A DNA stretch of 64,000 nucleotides from an uncultured Victivallales bacterium (GTDB lineage: Bacteria; Verrucomicrobiota; Lentisphaeria; Oligosphaerales; JAFGRS01), in NCBI GenBank assembly GCA_903837355.1, contig CAILUI010000200.1:2311-66310 (forward strand). The letters run 5' to 3'. The position numbers and the translations under genes were made by a program. A model generated the notes under the pieces. That model saw only the letters and a list, made by a program, of their open reading frames with translations, had not been told where the DNA came from and did not search any database. Positions 35,595 to 44,594 of the stretch are shown one piece after another (position 1 is the first letter of the stretch; the number at the start of each line of letters is the position of its first letter).

Positions 35595-37112
35595 TTACGC
35601 CGCCGTCTTCCCTTCGACCAGGGCGCGGAAGCTCACCGTCGACAACTGCTTGGAGAAGCTGTCGTAGTGGTCCAGCACCGCCTTGGCGACCGGCTCTGGC
35701 GCCAGCCGGAGAAGCTGCCCCGTGTACTGCTTGTTGTCGGCGCGCACCGCCCGTTCCACATCGGCCAGCGTCAGCAACTCCGGGGGCTTGCCCGGGACGT
35801 AGTAGCGCTCCCGGTCCCCCCCCTGCTCCACGGGGATCAGGATGCCCTGCTCCACCAGGGTTGCCGCGACGTTCGCCAGCAGCCGTACGGGGATGGCATG
35901 GATGCGGGCGAATTCGGCCAGCCGCCAGGCGTGCTCGCCAGCCAGGAAGGCACGGCAGGTCTCGTAGGTCAGCACGACCCCCAGAGCTACCTGGGATGCC
36001 GGTGACGCGGCCGCCGCCGAGCCGCCGAGGATGTAAGTACGGTAGTTCTGCACGGCAAAGCTGAACTCGCCCCCAAGCAGCACGATAGTCCAGTTCGTGT
36101 ACAGCCAGGCGAGGAAGAAGGGTACCGCCGCAAAGGTGCCGTAGATCGCGTTGTAGTTGGTCACGCCGATCTGGAAGGTGATGTAGGCCCATTGGGTGGC
36201 GTACCAGAGCGCGCCGCCCACCAGTCCAGCCAGCAGCGCCGGCAGGGTCTTGACCTCGGTATTGGGCATGAACTTGAACAGGAAAGTGAAGGCCCCCACG
36301 ATCATCGCAACGCCGAAGAGCCGTAGGATGCCGGTGTAAAGCCCGGCCAGCGGCCCAAACCAGAGGCCGATGCGGTCGATCACTGCCGGTGCCGACAGGG
36401 CCGCATTGACGCTGGTGACCACCACTAGCAGCACCGGCATCAGGGCCAGCACGAAGAAGTACTCGGTACAGCGGCGAAATAGGGACCGAGGCGTACGCGC
36501 GCCCCAGATCAGATTGAAGGTCTCCTCCAGTTTGATCATGGCCTGCACGGCACCCCAGAGCAGCAGCAGCGAGCCCACCACGCCCAGGGCACCGAAGCTG
36601 GTATTCTCAACATAGGAGAAGACCGTCGTGACCACTTTCTGCAGGGGGTCGGGCAGCTCAGCGAGGGCGAACGGGCCACTGCCCGCGGCGCGCGCCTCCG
36701 GGGAGCCCGGCGCGGCCACGCGGAACTCGATCCGCTTCTTCTCGTGGCCGTCGACCTGCTCTACGATCTCGGTACGCTGCATGCCGATCAACTCGATCAG
36801 TCGGTTTTGCATCCCCATGCCTTTGGAGAAGGAGAACATCAGGGCCAGCACCGGGATCATGCTCATCAGCGTGATGTAGGTCAGGGCCGATGCCTGCAGG
36901 CTGCAGTTGTCCGTCACGAAACCGCGCGAGACGATGGTGGCGATACGGCAAAGGGAGAACAGCACGCGTCTGGGGCCCGAAAGCAGCACCACATCGAGGT
37001 CCCACAGGTCGTCGGCAAGGAAGCGCCGGGCCGAGCCGGTGATCTGCCGGAGTCTCGCGATCCGGCTGTGGGCGGAGGGCGTTGACGTTGGGGGGCTTTG
37101 CATCGTACGCAT
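35595..37112 (-). CDS. YihY/virulence factor BrkB family membrane protein with C-terminal winged-helix extension
   Basis: Motifs ASALTYITLMS, FNLIWG, FMPNTEV and YNAIYGTFAAVPFFLAWLY. Confidence 0.88.
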   Translation of the reverse strand: MRTMQSPPTSTPSAHSRIARLRQITGSARRFLADDLWDLDVVLLSGPRRVLFSLCRIATIVSRGFVTDNCSLQASALTYITLMSMIPVLALMFSFSKGMGMQNRLIELIGMQRTEIVEQVDGHEKKRIEFRVAAPGSPEARAAGSGPFALAELPDPLQKVVTTVFSYVENTSFGALGVVGSLLLLWGAVQAMIKLEETFNLIWGARTPRSLFRRCTEYFFVLALMPVLLVVVTSVNAALSAPAVIDRIGLWFGPLAGLYTGILRLFGVAMIVGAFTFLFKFMPNTEVKTLPALLAGLVGGALWYATQWAYITFQIGVTNYNAIYGTFAAVPFFLAWLYTNWTIVLLGGEFSFAVQNYRTYILGGSAAAASPASQVALGVVLTYETCRAFLAGEHAWRLAEFARIHAIPVRLLANVAATLVEQGILIPVEQGGDRERYYVPGKPPELLTLADVERAVRADNKQYTGQLLRLAPEPVAKAVLDHYDSFSKQLSTVSFRALVEGKTAA

Positions 37113-37285
37113 CTCCGGCGTCTCCTGGTCCGACCCGCGGCCGGCCTGCGTGGCAATATAGGGGACGAGCCCCGGCCGGGCAACTCCCTGAGCGTAAGCC
37201 ACGGTGTAGAGTAGAGGCTCTGGCTGACAACGCGCCAGCGCCGTTCAGCCCCGGCGCAGACAGGAACGAGCGGAGGTAGGACGAC

Positions 37286-38542
37286 ATGGCTACACCGGAT
37301 ACCACCGGCCGCGACACGGTCCGCGAACTGGCGCAGCGCGTGGCCGAACTGGCTCACAGCGACGAGAATGCGCGCCGGCTGCAGCGCTGGCGCGCGGTCA
37401 ACAGCCTGCGACCGACTGACCGGCCGCCGGTCATCTGCCATCCGGGCAGCGGCGCCTGGGAGGAGTTGCTGCCCCGCGCCAGCCTGGTCGCGACCGATCC
37501 CTACCTCGCGGGGATTGAGCAGCAGCTTCGGCAGCAGCTCTTCAAGTGGTATGAGATCGGCGATGATACGGTCGTCGACCCCTGGATAGCAGTGGGCACG
37601 GTGATGCGCCTTGAGGGGGAGCACTTCTGGGGCCTGCCGATCCGGCACATCCAGCCGGAGAATGTCACGGTCGACGTCTCGACGCGAGTGGCCTGGCGCT
37701 ACGAGCCGCCCCTGCGCACCGAGGCCGACATCGAGAAGATCGTGGCGCCGCGCTACCATCTCGACCGCGCTGCCACCCAGGCCGGCCTGAGCCGCATGCA
37801 GGACCTGCTGGGCGACATCCTGCCGGTGCAGGAGGTCTGTGCCGTGCCCGGCCCCGGGGCCTGGCTGCACGGCTGGGCCACCGAATTGCGCGGCGTCGAG
37901 CCTCTACTGTTCGACCTCATGGACCGCCCGGCCTGGGTGCACCGCCTGATGCGTACGCTGATGGAGGGCTTCCTCGGCGTCATGGACCAGTTTGAACAGG
38001 CCGGCGTGCTGACCCTGAACAACGTCGGCATCATGGCCTGCGCGGACCTGCCGGCGCCCGGTTTCGACCCCGCCCACGTCCGCCTGCGCGACCTCTGGGG
38101 GCGCGGCGAAAGTCAGGAGTTCCAGGGCGTCTCTCCCGCCCAGCATGAGGAGTTCCTGCTGCGCTACCAGAAGCCAATCCTCGAGCGCTTCGGGATCAGC
38201 TTCTACGGTTGCTGCGAGGACCTGAGCCAGAAGATCCCGCTGATCCTCTCGATCCCAAACCTGCGGCGGTTCGTCTGCTCCCCTTGGACCGACATTGGGA
38301 AGCTGGCGGCGGCCGTGGGGTCCCGGGTCTCCATCGAGTGGCGGCAGAAGGCAACCGATGCCGTCTACGCCCCGGCTGGACTGCAGCCGCTCCGCCAGCA
38401 CCTCGAGCAGGGCCTGCGCCTGGCCCGCGGCGGCCACCTCTGCATCGTCCTGCAGGAACTCGAGACGGTCAACGACAACCGTCGCCGCCTGGCCGAGTGG
38501 GCCGCCCTGGCGAAAGAGGTCGGGACGCGGTGTTGGGCCTGA
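37286..38542 (+). CDS. Uroporphyrinogen decarboxylase-like (URO-D/MtaA superfamily) protein
   Basis: Motifs ELRGVEPLLFDLMDRP, ESQEF..VSPAQHEEF, YGCCEDL and SPWTD. Confidence 0.7.
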   Translation: MATPDTTGRDTVRELAQRVAELAHSDENARRLQRWRAVNSLRPTDRPPVICHPGSGAWEELLPRASLVATDPYLAGIEQQLRQQLFKWYEIGDDTVVDPWIAVGTVMRLEGEHFWGLPIRHIQPENVTVDVSTRVAWRYEPPLRTEADIEKIVAPRYHLDRAATQAGLSRMQDLLGDILPVQEVCAVPGPGAWLHGWATELRGVEPLLFDLMDRPAWVHRLMRTLMEGFLGVMDQFEQAGVLTLNNVGIMACADLPAPGFDPAHVRLRDLWGRGESQEFQGVSPAQHEEFLLRYQKPILERFGISFYGCCEDLSQKIPLILSIPNLRRFVCSPWTDIGKLAAAVGSRVSIEWRQKATDAVYAPAGLQPLRQHLEQGLRLARGGHLCIVLQELETVNDNRRRLAEWAALAKEVGTRCWA

Positions 38543-38576
38543 CCCCGGAGTGCCCGGGGACGGCTCTTTGTCTGCT

Positions 38577-38753
38577 GGGCGAAGCTCCACAGGCGCGCCA
38601 GCGCCGCTGAGCCGTCGGCTGGAAACCGGGACACGGGGGGGACTGGAGGGCGAAGCTCCACAGGCGCGCCAGCGCCGCTGAGCCGTCGGCTGGAAACCGG
38701 GACACGGGCACGGCTCACCGCCTGCAAAGCAGGCCGTGGAGGTTCGCCCTCCA
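38577..38753. repeat. REP-like element with a 61-bp tandem duplication
   Basis: 38577-38637 equals 38648-38708. TGGAGGGCGAAGCTCCAC (38644-38661) is inverted to GTGGAGGTTCGCCCTCCA (38736-38753) with 1 mismatch. Confidence 0.8.
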
Positions 38754-38915
38754 AGAGAGCCCCGGTTGCGGCCGGGCATGGCGAGGCGAGGCTGCAGGAG
38801 TTGCGGGGTCAATACGAGTTCACGCTTGAGCGTGTCCCCCAGGCACCCTTGGGACTGGACGCTGAACGAAGGTCGCAGACGGGGCACGCCCCAGCGGCAA
38901 CCGCCCCGCACCCTC

Positions 38916-41171
38916 TCACTCGTCGTCGTGGCCCTTGGTCTTGAAGGTGAAGACGCCGTCCCAATCCTCCGGCGGGGGCCGCCGGAGGAAGAGCTCGAGG
39001 CGTTCGAGATAGAGGGCATAGAGCACCTGCGGGGAGTCTGCCTGCAGGGCCTGCAGCGTGTCCCGGCAAGCCGTGAAGTCGCGGCTACGGTAGAGGCCCA
39101 ATGCGGCCTCAAAGCGCTCGAGTTCGAGGCGTCGTTCGGCGGGGGGCGGCCCTTCGGTCAAGGGCTCAAACAGGGCCACAGGCTCGCGCTTGCCCTTCAC
39201 GCGCACCACGTCAATGGGCCGGTAGCAGAAGCCGTCCCCGGCGGCCTGTCGGGTGGCCGCACTGACCAGGATGCCGGCCCCATAGATCTTCGTCAGTCCT
39301 TCGAGGCGGCTGGCCAGATTGACGGCATCGCCCATGACCGTGTAACTGAAGCGCGTGCGGCTACCCATGTTGCCGACGCTGACGACACCACTGTTGGCGC
39401 CGATGCCGGTCTCGACCGGCGGCAGGCCGCGGGCGACCCACTCCGGGCGCAGTTCGGCGAGTCGTTGGCGCATCTCCAGGCAGGTCGCGAGAGCGTGGCG
39501 GGCGTGCTCGCGGTTGTCCACCGGCGCCCCCCAGAAGGCCATGATGGCGTCGCCGATGAACTTGTCGACCGTGCCGCCGCGCGCCATGATGATATCCGTC
39601 ATCGCCGAGAGATACTCGTTGAGGAAGGCGCTGAGCTGGCGGGCCGTCATGGCTTCCGAGATGCTGGTGAAACCGCGGATGTCGGTGAACAGGATAGTCA
39701 GCTCCTTCTCCTCGCCTGCCAGGGTCAGGCGCTCTGGATGCTCGACGATCGAAGCCACGATATCTTCGGACACGTAGAGGCTGAAGGCCCCCTGCAGGAA
39801 GCGCTTGCGGCGGCCCTCGAAGAAGTAGTTGGCGATGGTGACGGCCAGGAAGACGACCAGCAGCACGGCAATGACATAGGTCACGCCGACCAGGCGCTGA
39901 TTGAGAAAGAGGAGCCGGTAGTTGCCGTAGCCGATCAGCAGCAGGAAAAGCATCCCGCACAGCCCGCCGATGCGCGGCCCCAGGAAGGCGAGGCCGGCGG
40001 CCAGCGTCACGCCGAAGACGGCGGCGGAGATCAGGCTCAGGCCCAGGTCGAGGGTCTGATCGTAGACCATCGGGTCCCCGGCCAGCAGGTTGTCGATGAT
40101 GGAGGCATTGACCTCGACGCCGGGAAAGGCCTTGTCAAAGGGCGTTGCGCGCAAGTCGAGCAACCCGGTGGCCGAGGTGCCGAGGAGCACGTACTTATCC
40201 CTCAGCGCGTCTTCGGGGCAACGCCCGCGCAGGACCTCCACAGCCGAGAAACGCGCGAAGCTGCCCCGCGGGCCGCGGAAATTGATGCAGAGCTGCCCTT
40301 GCCGGGTGATCGGCAGGACGCGCTCGCCCAGCTTGACCCCGGTGACGCCGACCCCGGTGGTATTGCTGACTAGCTCCGGCGTCGCCTTGCAGCCTTCACG
40401 CACCATTTCCAGGGCCAGCGAGGGGTACAGCACGGCGCCATAGCGGATGAAGAGGCTGCCGCGGCGCGTGACGCCATCGAGGTCGGGGATGGTGTTGAAG
40501 AACCCCTCGGTCAGGGCCGTGTCGTTCAGGCAGGCCAGGTTCAGCACCGCACGCCGGGCGCTGGCGAACTGGCTCTGCTCGACGAGGGTCGCCACGGCGA
40601 CGACCGGCTGGCTGAACTCGGGACAGGGCAGGCGTTCCTGGGCAGGCGTGGCCGCGGGGCCGGTCGTGGTGTCATCCTTCATCGCGAAGTAGTAGCCCAG
40701 CACGGTGTCGGCTTCACCCAGAGCCTTGGCAAGGATGGCGTCGTTGTCGGCCGTACCCTCCGGCAACTGGATCGGCGTGCCGGTGAGTTGGTGGATGCGG
40801 TCGGCGGCAAGCTTGAGCGAGGTGCGGTCCGCTTCGGCGAAGACGATGTCGAAGCCCATGATCCTGGGTTTCTGGGCACCGATACGTTGGACCAGTTCCG
40901 CCATGGTGCTGCGGGGCCAGGGCCACTGGCCCAGTTCGGCGAGGCTGGCCTCGTCGATGTCGACGATGGCGACCTGGCCACTGGCGGGCCGCGGGCCGCG
41001 GGCCGCGAACATCAGGTCGTGCATGCGGCAGTCGAACGACTCGAGGAAGCGGTGCAGCAACGGTGCGTGCAGCGGCAGAATGCAGCACATGACCGCCGTC
41101 ACCACGAGCCCGACCCGGAAGGCGGGGGGGGCCAGGGCCAGCCGTATCCAGCGTGCCAGAGTGTCCCTCAC
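38916..41171 (-). CDS. CHASE2-domain class III adenylate/guanylate cyclase
   Basis: CHASE2 motifs IVDIDEASL..GQWPWPR, DLDGVTR and PGVEVNA; 3 TM segments; cyclase motifs FTDIRGFT, DKFIGDAIMAFWG and GDAVNLASRLE. Confidence 0.93.
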   Translation of the reverse strand: MRDTLARWIRLALAPPAFRVGLVVTAVMCCILPLHAPLLHRFLESFDCRMHDLMFAARGPRPASGQVAIVDIDEASLAELGQWPWPRSTMAELVQRIGAQKPRIMGFDIVFAEADRTSLKLAADRIHQLTGTPIQLPEGTADNDAILAKALGEADTVLGYYFAMKDDTTTGPAATPAQERLPCPEFSQPVVAVATLVEQSQFASARRAVLNLACLNDTALTEGFFNTIPDLDGVTRRGSLFIRYGAVLYPSLALEMVREGCKATPELVSNTTGVGVTGVKLGERVLPITRQGQLCINFRGPRGSFARFSAVEVLRGRCPEDALRDKYVLLGTSATGLLDLRATPFDKAFPGVEVNASIIDNLLAGDPMVYDQTLDLGLSLISAAVFGVTLAAGLAFLGPRIGGLCGMLFLLLIGYGNYRLLFLNQRLVGVTYVIAVLLVVFLAVTIANYFFEGRRKRFLQGAFSLYVSEDIVASIVEHPERLTLAGEEKELTILFTDIRGFTSISEAMTARQLSAFLNEYLSAMTDIIMARGGTVDKFIGDAIMAFWGAPVDNREHARHALATCLEMRQRLAELRPEWVARGLPPVETGIGANSGVVSVGNMGSRTRFSYTVMGDAVNLASRLEGLTKIYGAGILVSAATRQAAGDGFCYRPIDVVRVKGKREPVALFEPLTEGPPPAERRLELERFEAALGLYRSRDFTACRDTLQALQADSPQVLYALYLERLELFLRRPPPEDWDGVFTFKTKGHDDE

Positions 41172-41189
41172 GTCCGGCGCTCCTCCAGC

Positions 41190-42323
41190 TTACGGGACGT
41201 CGTAGACCAGCAGGTCGCAGGGCAGATCGCCATTGCGTAACTCAAAGCGCCGGGTGGGTTTGAAGGCCATCGTGCGGGCAATGAGTGGGCTGCCGGCAAG
41301 GATGGCCAGGCGCCAGCCGCTGAGGCGGCCGAAAGCCGTGGCCATCTCCTGGTACAGTCGATTGTCGGCATCGAGGCGTTGGCCGTAGGGCGGGTTGACC
41401 ACCAACAGGCGCGCGGCGCCGCCATCCGGGCGCAGGTCGCGCACCTCGGCCTGCCGGAAGCGGATGCGCACACCGGCCTGACGCGCGTTGGTCTTGGCCT
41501 GCTCGAGCACCGCCCCGTCGGCATCCATGGCGCTGATGCTCGGGTGCTGGCCGTGCGCCCGCGCCCGCAACTCGCCCTTGAGCTGGGCCAGTGCCTGCGC
41601 GGCGCTGCTGTCGAAGCTCGCCCAGCGCTCGAAACCAAAGCGTTCGCGGAACAGACCCGGAGCGATATTGCCCGCCCACAGCGCGGCCTCGATGGCCAGG
41701 GTCCCTGAACCACACATCGGGTCGACCAGCGGCGTCTCTCCGTCCCAGCCGGCGAGGCGCAGGATCACCGCCGCCAGGGTCTCCTTCAGCGGCGCCTCAC
41801 CAGCGCCGCTGCGATAGCCGCGGCGGAAGAGCGCTTCGCCGGAAAGGTCCAGGTAGACCGTGGCGCGGTCCTGGGCCAGGTACAGGAAGACGCGGACATC
41901 CGGATCTTCGCGACTCACGTCCGGCCGCCGACCACCCTGATCCCGGAGTTGGTCGACGATCGCATCCTTGACCCGCAGGGCCGCGAAGCCGGAGTGGGTG
42001 ATGGTGCTGGCGTGCAGGAAAGCGGACACGGCCAGGGTCAGATCCGGGCTGATGAAGGGCGACCAGTCGATCTGCCGTACGCCCTCGTAGAGCGCCTCGG
42101 GCCCTGGGGCCGCGAAGCGCGCCATCACCACCATGATCCGCTGCGCGGTTCGGCTCTGCAGGCAGGCCCGCCAGCCCTCCTCCCAGTCGCCGAAGAAGGG
42201 GATGCCGCCGCGGTTGAGGCGGACGCGCCGGAAGCCGAGGTCGCTCAGTTCGTCGCGGACGACCTCTTCCGTGCCGCCCGCCGCCGAGGCGAAGAACTCC
42301 CGCTGGTCGTGGCTATCGGTCAT
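41190..42323 (-). CDS. rlmL: THUMP-domain RNA methyltransferase, RlmL-like (m2G2445), stand-alone
   Basis: THUMP domain, LFRRGYR, APLKETLAA, DPMCGSGT and NPPY. Confidence 0.8.
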   Translation of the reverse strand: MTDSHDQREFFASAAGGTEEVVRDELSDLGFRRVRLNRGGIPFFGDWEEGWRACLQSRTAQRIMVVMARFAAPGPEALYEGVRQIDWSPFISPDLTLAVSAFLHASTITHSGFAALRVKDAIVDQLRDQGGRRPDVSREDPDVRVFLYLAQDRATVYLDLSGEALFRRGYRSGAGEAPLKETLAAVILRLAGWDGETPLVDPMCGSGTLAIEAALWAGNIAPGLFRERFGFERWASFDSSAAQALAQLKGELRARAHGQHPSISAMDADGAVLEQAKTNARQAGVRIRFRQAEVRDLRPDGGAARLLVVNPPYGQRLDADNRLYQEMATAFGRLSGWRLAILAGSPLIARTMAFKPTRRFELRNGDLPCDLLVYDVP

Positions 42324-42339
42324 GCTTGCTGAGACTCCT

Positions 42340-42404
42340 GCGGCAGACGCCGCCCTGCGGCTGCGATCCGTCCTGCCGGCCGGCAGGACTGCTCTTGCCC
42401 TCCA
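42340..42404 (-). repeat. Dispersed structured repeat (family H), copy in the rlmL leader
   Basis: Reverse complement reads TGGAGGGCAAGAGCAG-TCCTGCCGGCCGGCAGGAC-GG-ATCGCAGCCGCAG-hairpin. Confidence 0.7.
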
Positions 42405-42472
42405 CACTCCGGCATCGCCCCGGGCTGGAGGGCGAGCTCAGGGGCGGCTGAGCCGGCCCGGCGCGCTGCCGC

Positions 42473-42500
42473 TCCTGGGACCGCCGACCGTCGGGTCGGC
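42473..42500. repeat. Dispersed REP-like palindrome (family K), copy 2
   Basis: 28/28 identical to 23454-23481. Confidence 0.75.
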
Positions 42501-42522
42501 TCCGGCCACGGCCGTCCCGGCC

Positions 42523-42771
42523 CTAGGCCCCGCGGGCCTGGCGCACCCACTCCAGTTCCTTCTTCAGCCCCACCTGCCCGCGCTGGTAACGGTCCTGGAG
42601 GCGCCGCTCCAACTCGGCCCACTGCGCCGGCGTGGGCGGCGTGTCGTAATCCCAGCGCTCCGCATCGGGGCAAAGGAATTGCCACTTGACCTCACCGGCG
42701 TGGATGGTGACGCGGATCTCCACCGCGCCGCCCCCATCTGCCCGGTCCATCCAGCAGATCTGCCGCCTCAT
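42523..42771 (-). CDS. Small hypothetical protein (82 aa)
   Basis: ATGA overlap with the upstream gene and protein-like composition (EVKWQF...WDYD...RYQR). Confidence 0.65.
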   Translation of the reverse strand: MRRQICWMDRADGGGAVEIRVTIHAGEVKWQFLCPDAERWDYDTPPTPAQWAELERRLQDRYQRGQVGLKKELEWVRQARGA

Positions 42772-43532
42772 GGATCGTTCCCTTTGTCGGCGCCGCGGCG
42801 TGCGGCTTTGATGGCGTTCTCGAAGTCCTCAGAGGTGAAGCGCTCCGTGAGCTTGGTCACCAGCTTGCGGGAGCGCGAGTAGAACCAGAACTGCGGCAGC
42901 GTGGTCAAGCCGTGGCGCGCGAGCGCCGGGTCGTCGGGCCCACTCACCGTCAGCCGTTTGTACACCATACGGCCCTGGCTCTCCTCCGCCAGCCGCCGGC
43001 AGTAGCTGCCCTGCCGCGTGCTGGTCACCGAGTCGGGCTGATGGAAGTGCAGCACGGTGATCAGACCCATCTCCACGAGGTCATCGAGGGTCTCCGGTAC
43101 CTGCATCTCGGCGGCGGCGACGGCGGCGCTCTCCGCCTGTTTGGCGCGCTCCATGTAGTCGGTCATGGACTGCTCGGAGGCGTGGACGGCAACGCTCCGC
43201 ACCTGGCTTTCCCGTTCGACCGCGTCCCGCTCGCCGCGCTGCAACCGGAACTGGCCGCTGTCGAAGCCCTTGAGCAGCACCGTCTCGGCGTCCTTCCGCG
43301 AACGCGTCTCAAGCACCACCTTGAGGGGCTTGTCCAGAACCAGCTTACGGACGTTCAGCGTCTTCTCACGATACGTCTTTCCGTCCCAGGTCTGGAACTG
43401 GAACTGGCCTTTGCCGAAGCTGACGAAGACGCCCTTGAGCGTCTGCTCGCCCAGCACCAGGTCGTCGGCGGCGGCGGACAGCAGGCCACACAGCGCCAAC
43501 ATCAGCCCCCATGATCTGCCACGCCGACTCAT
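42768..43532 (-). CDS. Secreted protein with a degenerate (Cys-less) thioredoxin-like C-terminal domain
   Basis: Signal peptide; ITVLHFHQPDSVTS and LARHGLTTLPQFWFY resemble the Trx fold. Confidence 0.55.
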   Translation of the reverse strand: MSRRGRSWGLMLALCGLLSAAADDLVLGEQTLKGVFVSFGKGQFQFQTWDGKTYREKTLNVRKLVLDKPLKVVLETRSRKDAETVLLKGFDSGQFRLQRGERDAVERESQVRSVAVHASEQSMTDYMERAKQAESAAVAAAEMQVPETLDDLVEMGLITVLHFHQPDSVTSTRQGSYCRRLAEESQGRMVYKRLTVSGPDDPALARHGLTTLPQFWFYSRSRKLVTKLTERFTSEDFENAIKAARRGADKGNDP

Positions 43533-43680
43533 GCCGTACACCCCTTGATCGCTCCGTCCGGGCGCCTGCCCGCACGGGTGTACTATAGCGCTGCATGGAC
43601 CACAGCAGGGCGCGTTCGCCGGTCGTGGCGCTATGGTAGCAGAAGGTCCGAGTCCACAGCCACATTCCCAGGATACATCC

Positions 43681-44583
43681 ATGCCCTCCTGTGACCACGA
43701 TACCTGCAAGAGTTGCGCCAAGACCGGCTGTGCCCAGCATGGACAGATGGCGGGGGAGAGTGCAGAGCAGTACGAGGGACGGCTGCGACTGGCCGAGCGC
43801 ATGTCGCACGTCCGCCATAAGGTTCTGGTACTCTCCGGTAAAGGCGGGGTGGGCAAGAGCACGGTCGCCGCGAACCTGGCCGTCTTCCTGGCGCTGCAGG
43901 GCCGTCGAGTCGGGCTGCTTGACGTCGATGTCCATGGCCCCAGCATCCCGACGTTGTTGGGCCTGGAGTCGTACTCCGCCTACGTGCAGGACGGCTGCAT
44001 CGTGCCTGCAGAGGCGGCGGCGAACCTGCATGTGATGTCGGTCGGCTTTCTGCTCAAGGACCGCGACACCGCGGTGATCTGGCGCGGGCCGATGAAGATC
44101 GGCGTGATCCAGCAGTTCCTGCGCGACACCGAGTGGGGCGATCTGGATTTCCTGGTGGTGGACTGTCCGCCCGGCACGGGCGATGAGCCGCTGTCGGTGG
44201 CGCAGTCGCTGGGGGACGCGGATGGCGCCGTGGTGGTGACCACACCGCAGCACGTCGCCGTCAACGATGTCCGCAAGTCGATCATGTTCTGCCGCAAGGT
44301 GAACCTGCCCGTGCTCGGGGTCATCGAGAACATGAGCGGCTTCGTCTGCCCGCACTGTGGCGAAACCAGCGACATTTTCACGCGCGGCGGGGGTGAGGCG
44401 ATGTGTACGGAGTTGGCGGTGCCTTTCCTCGGCCGGATCCCGATCGATCCGGGAATCGTGACCGCCGGCGACCGCGGCGAGCCCTTCGCTTACCTCAAGT
44501 CCAAGACCCCGGCGGGCCTGGCCATGACGGCGGCCTTCGGGCCGATCCTGGCGTTGGCAGACCAGGATCCGGCGCTGGCGTAA
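43681..44583 (+). CDS. apbC: Mrp/NBP35 Fe-S cluster carrier ATPase (ApbC)
   Basis: SGKGGVGKST, DVDVHGPS, WRGP, DCPPGTGD, ENMS..CPHC and an N-terminal Cys cluster. Confidence 0.92.
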   Translation: MPSCDHDTCKSCAKTGCAQHGQMAGESAEQYEGRLRLAERMSHVRHKVLVLSGKGGVGKSTVAANLAVFLALQGRRVGLLDVDVHGPSIPTLLGLESYSAYVQDGCIVPAEAAANLHVMSVGFLLKDRDTAVIWRGPMKIGVIQQFLRDTEWGDLDFLVVDCPPGTGDEPLSVAQSLGDADGAVVVTTPQHVAVNDVRKSIMFCRKVNLPVLGVIENMSGFVCPHCGETSDIFTRGGGEAMCTELAVPFLGRIPIDPGIVTAGDRGEPFAYLKSKTPAGLAMTAAFGPILALADQDPALA

Positions 44584-44594
44584 GGGGGTCCATA

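Noticed and set aside
38577-38708. Possible CRISPR array
   Set aside because: Only two 61-bp units with a 10-nt gap, and no cas genes in the window.
38814-38880. GAGTTCACGCTTGAGCGTG hairpin as another REP family
   Set aside because: Single short copy with only a degenerate partner, so support within this window is insufficient.
42340-42404. c-di-GMP-I riboswitch (AGGGCAA…GGATCGCAGCC resemblance)
   Set aside because: It lacks the GNRA tetraloop/receptor and GCAAA elements. Kept only as an unassigned structured repeat.
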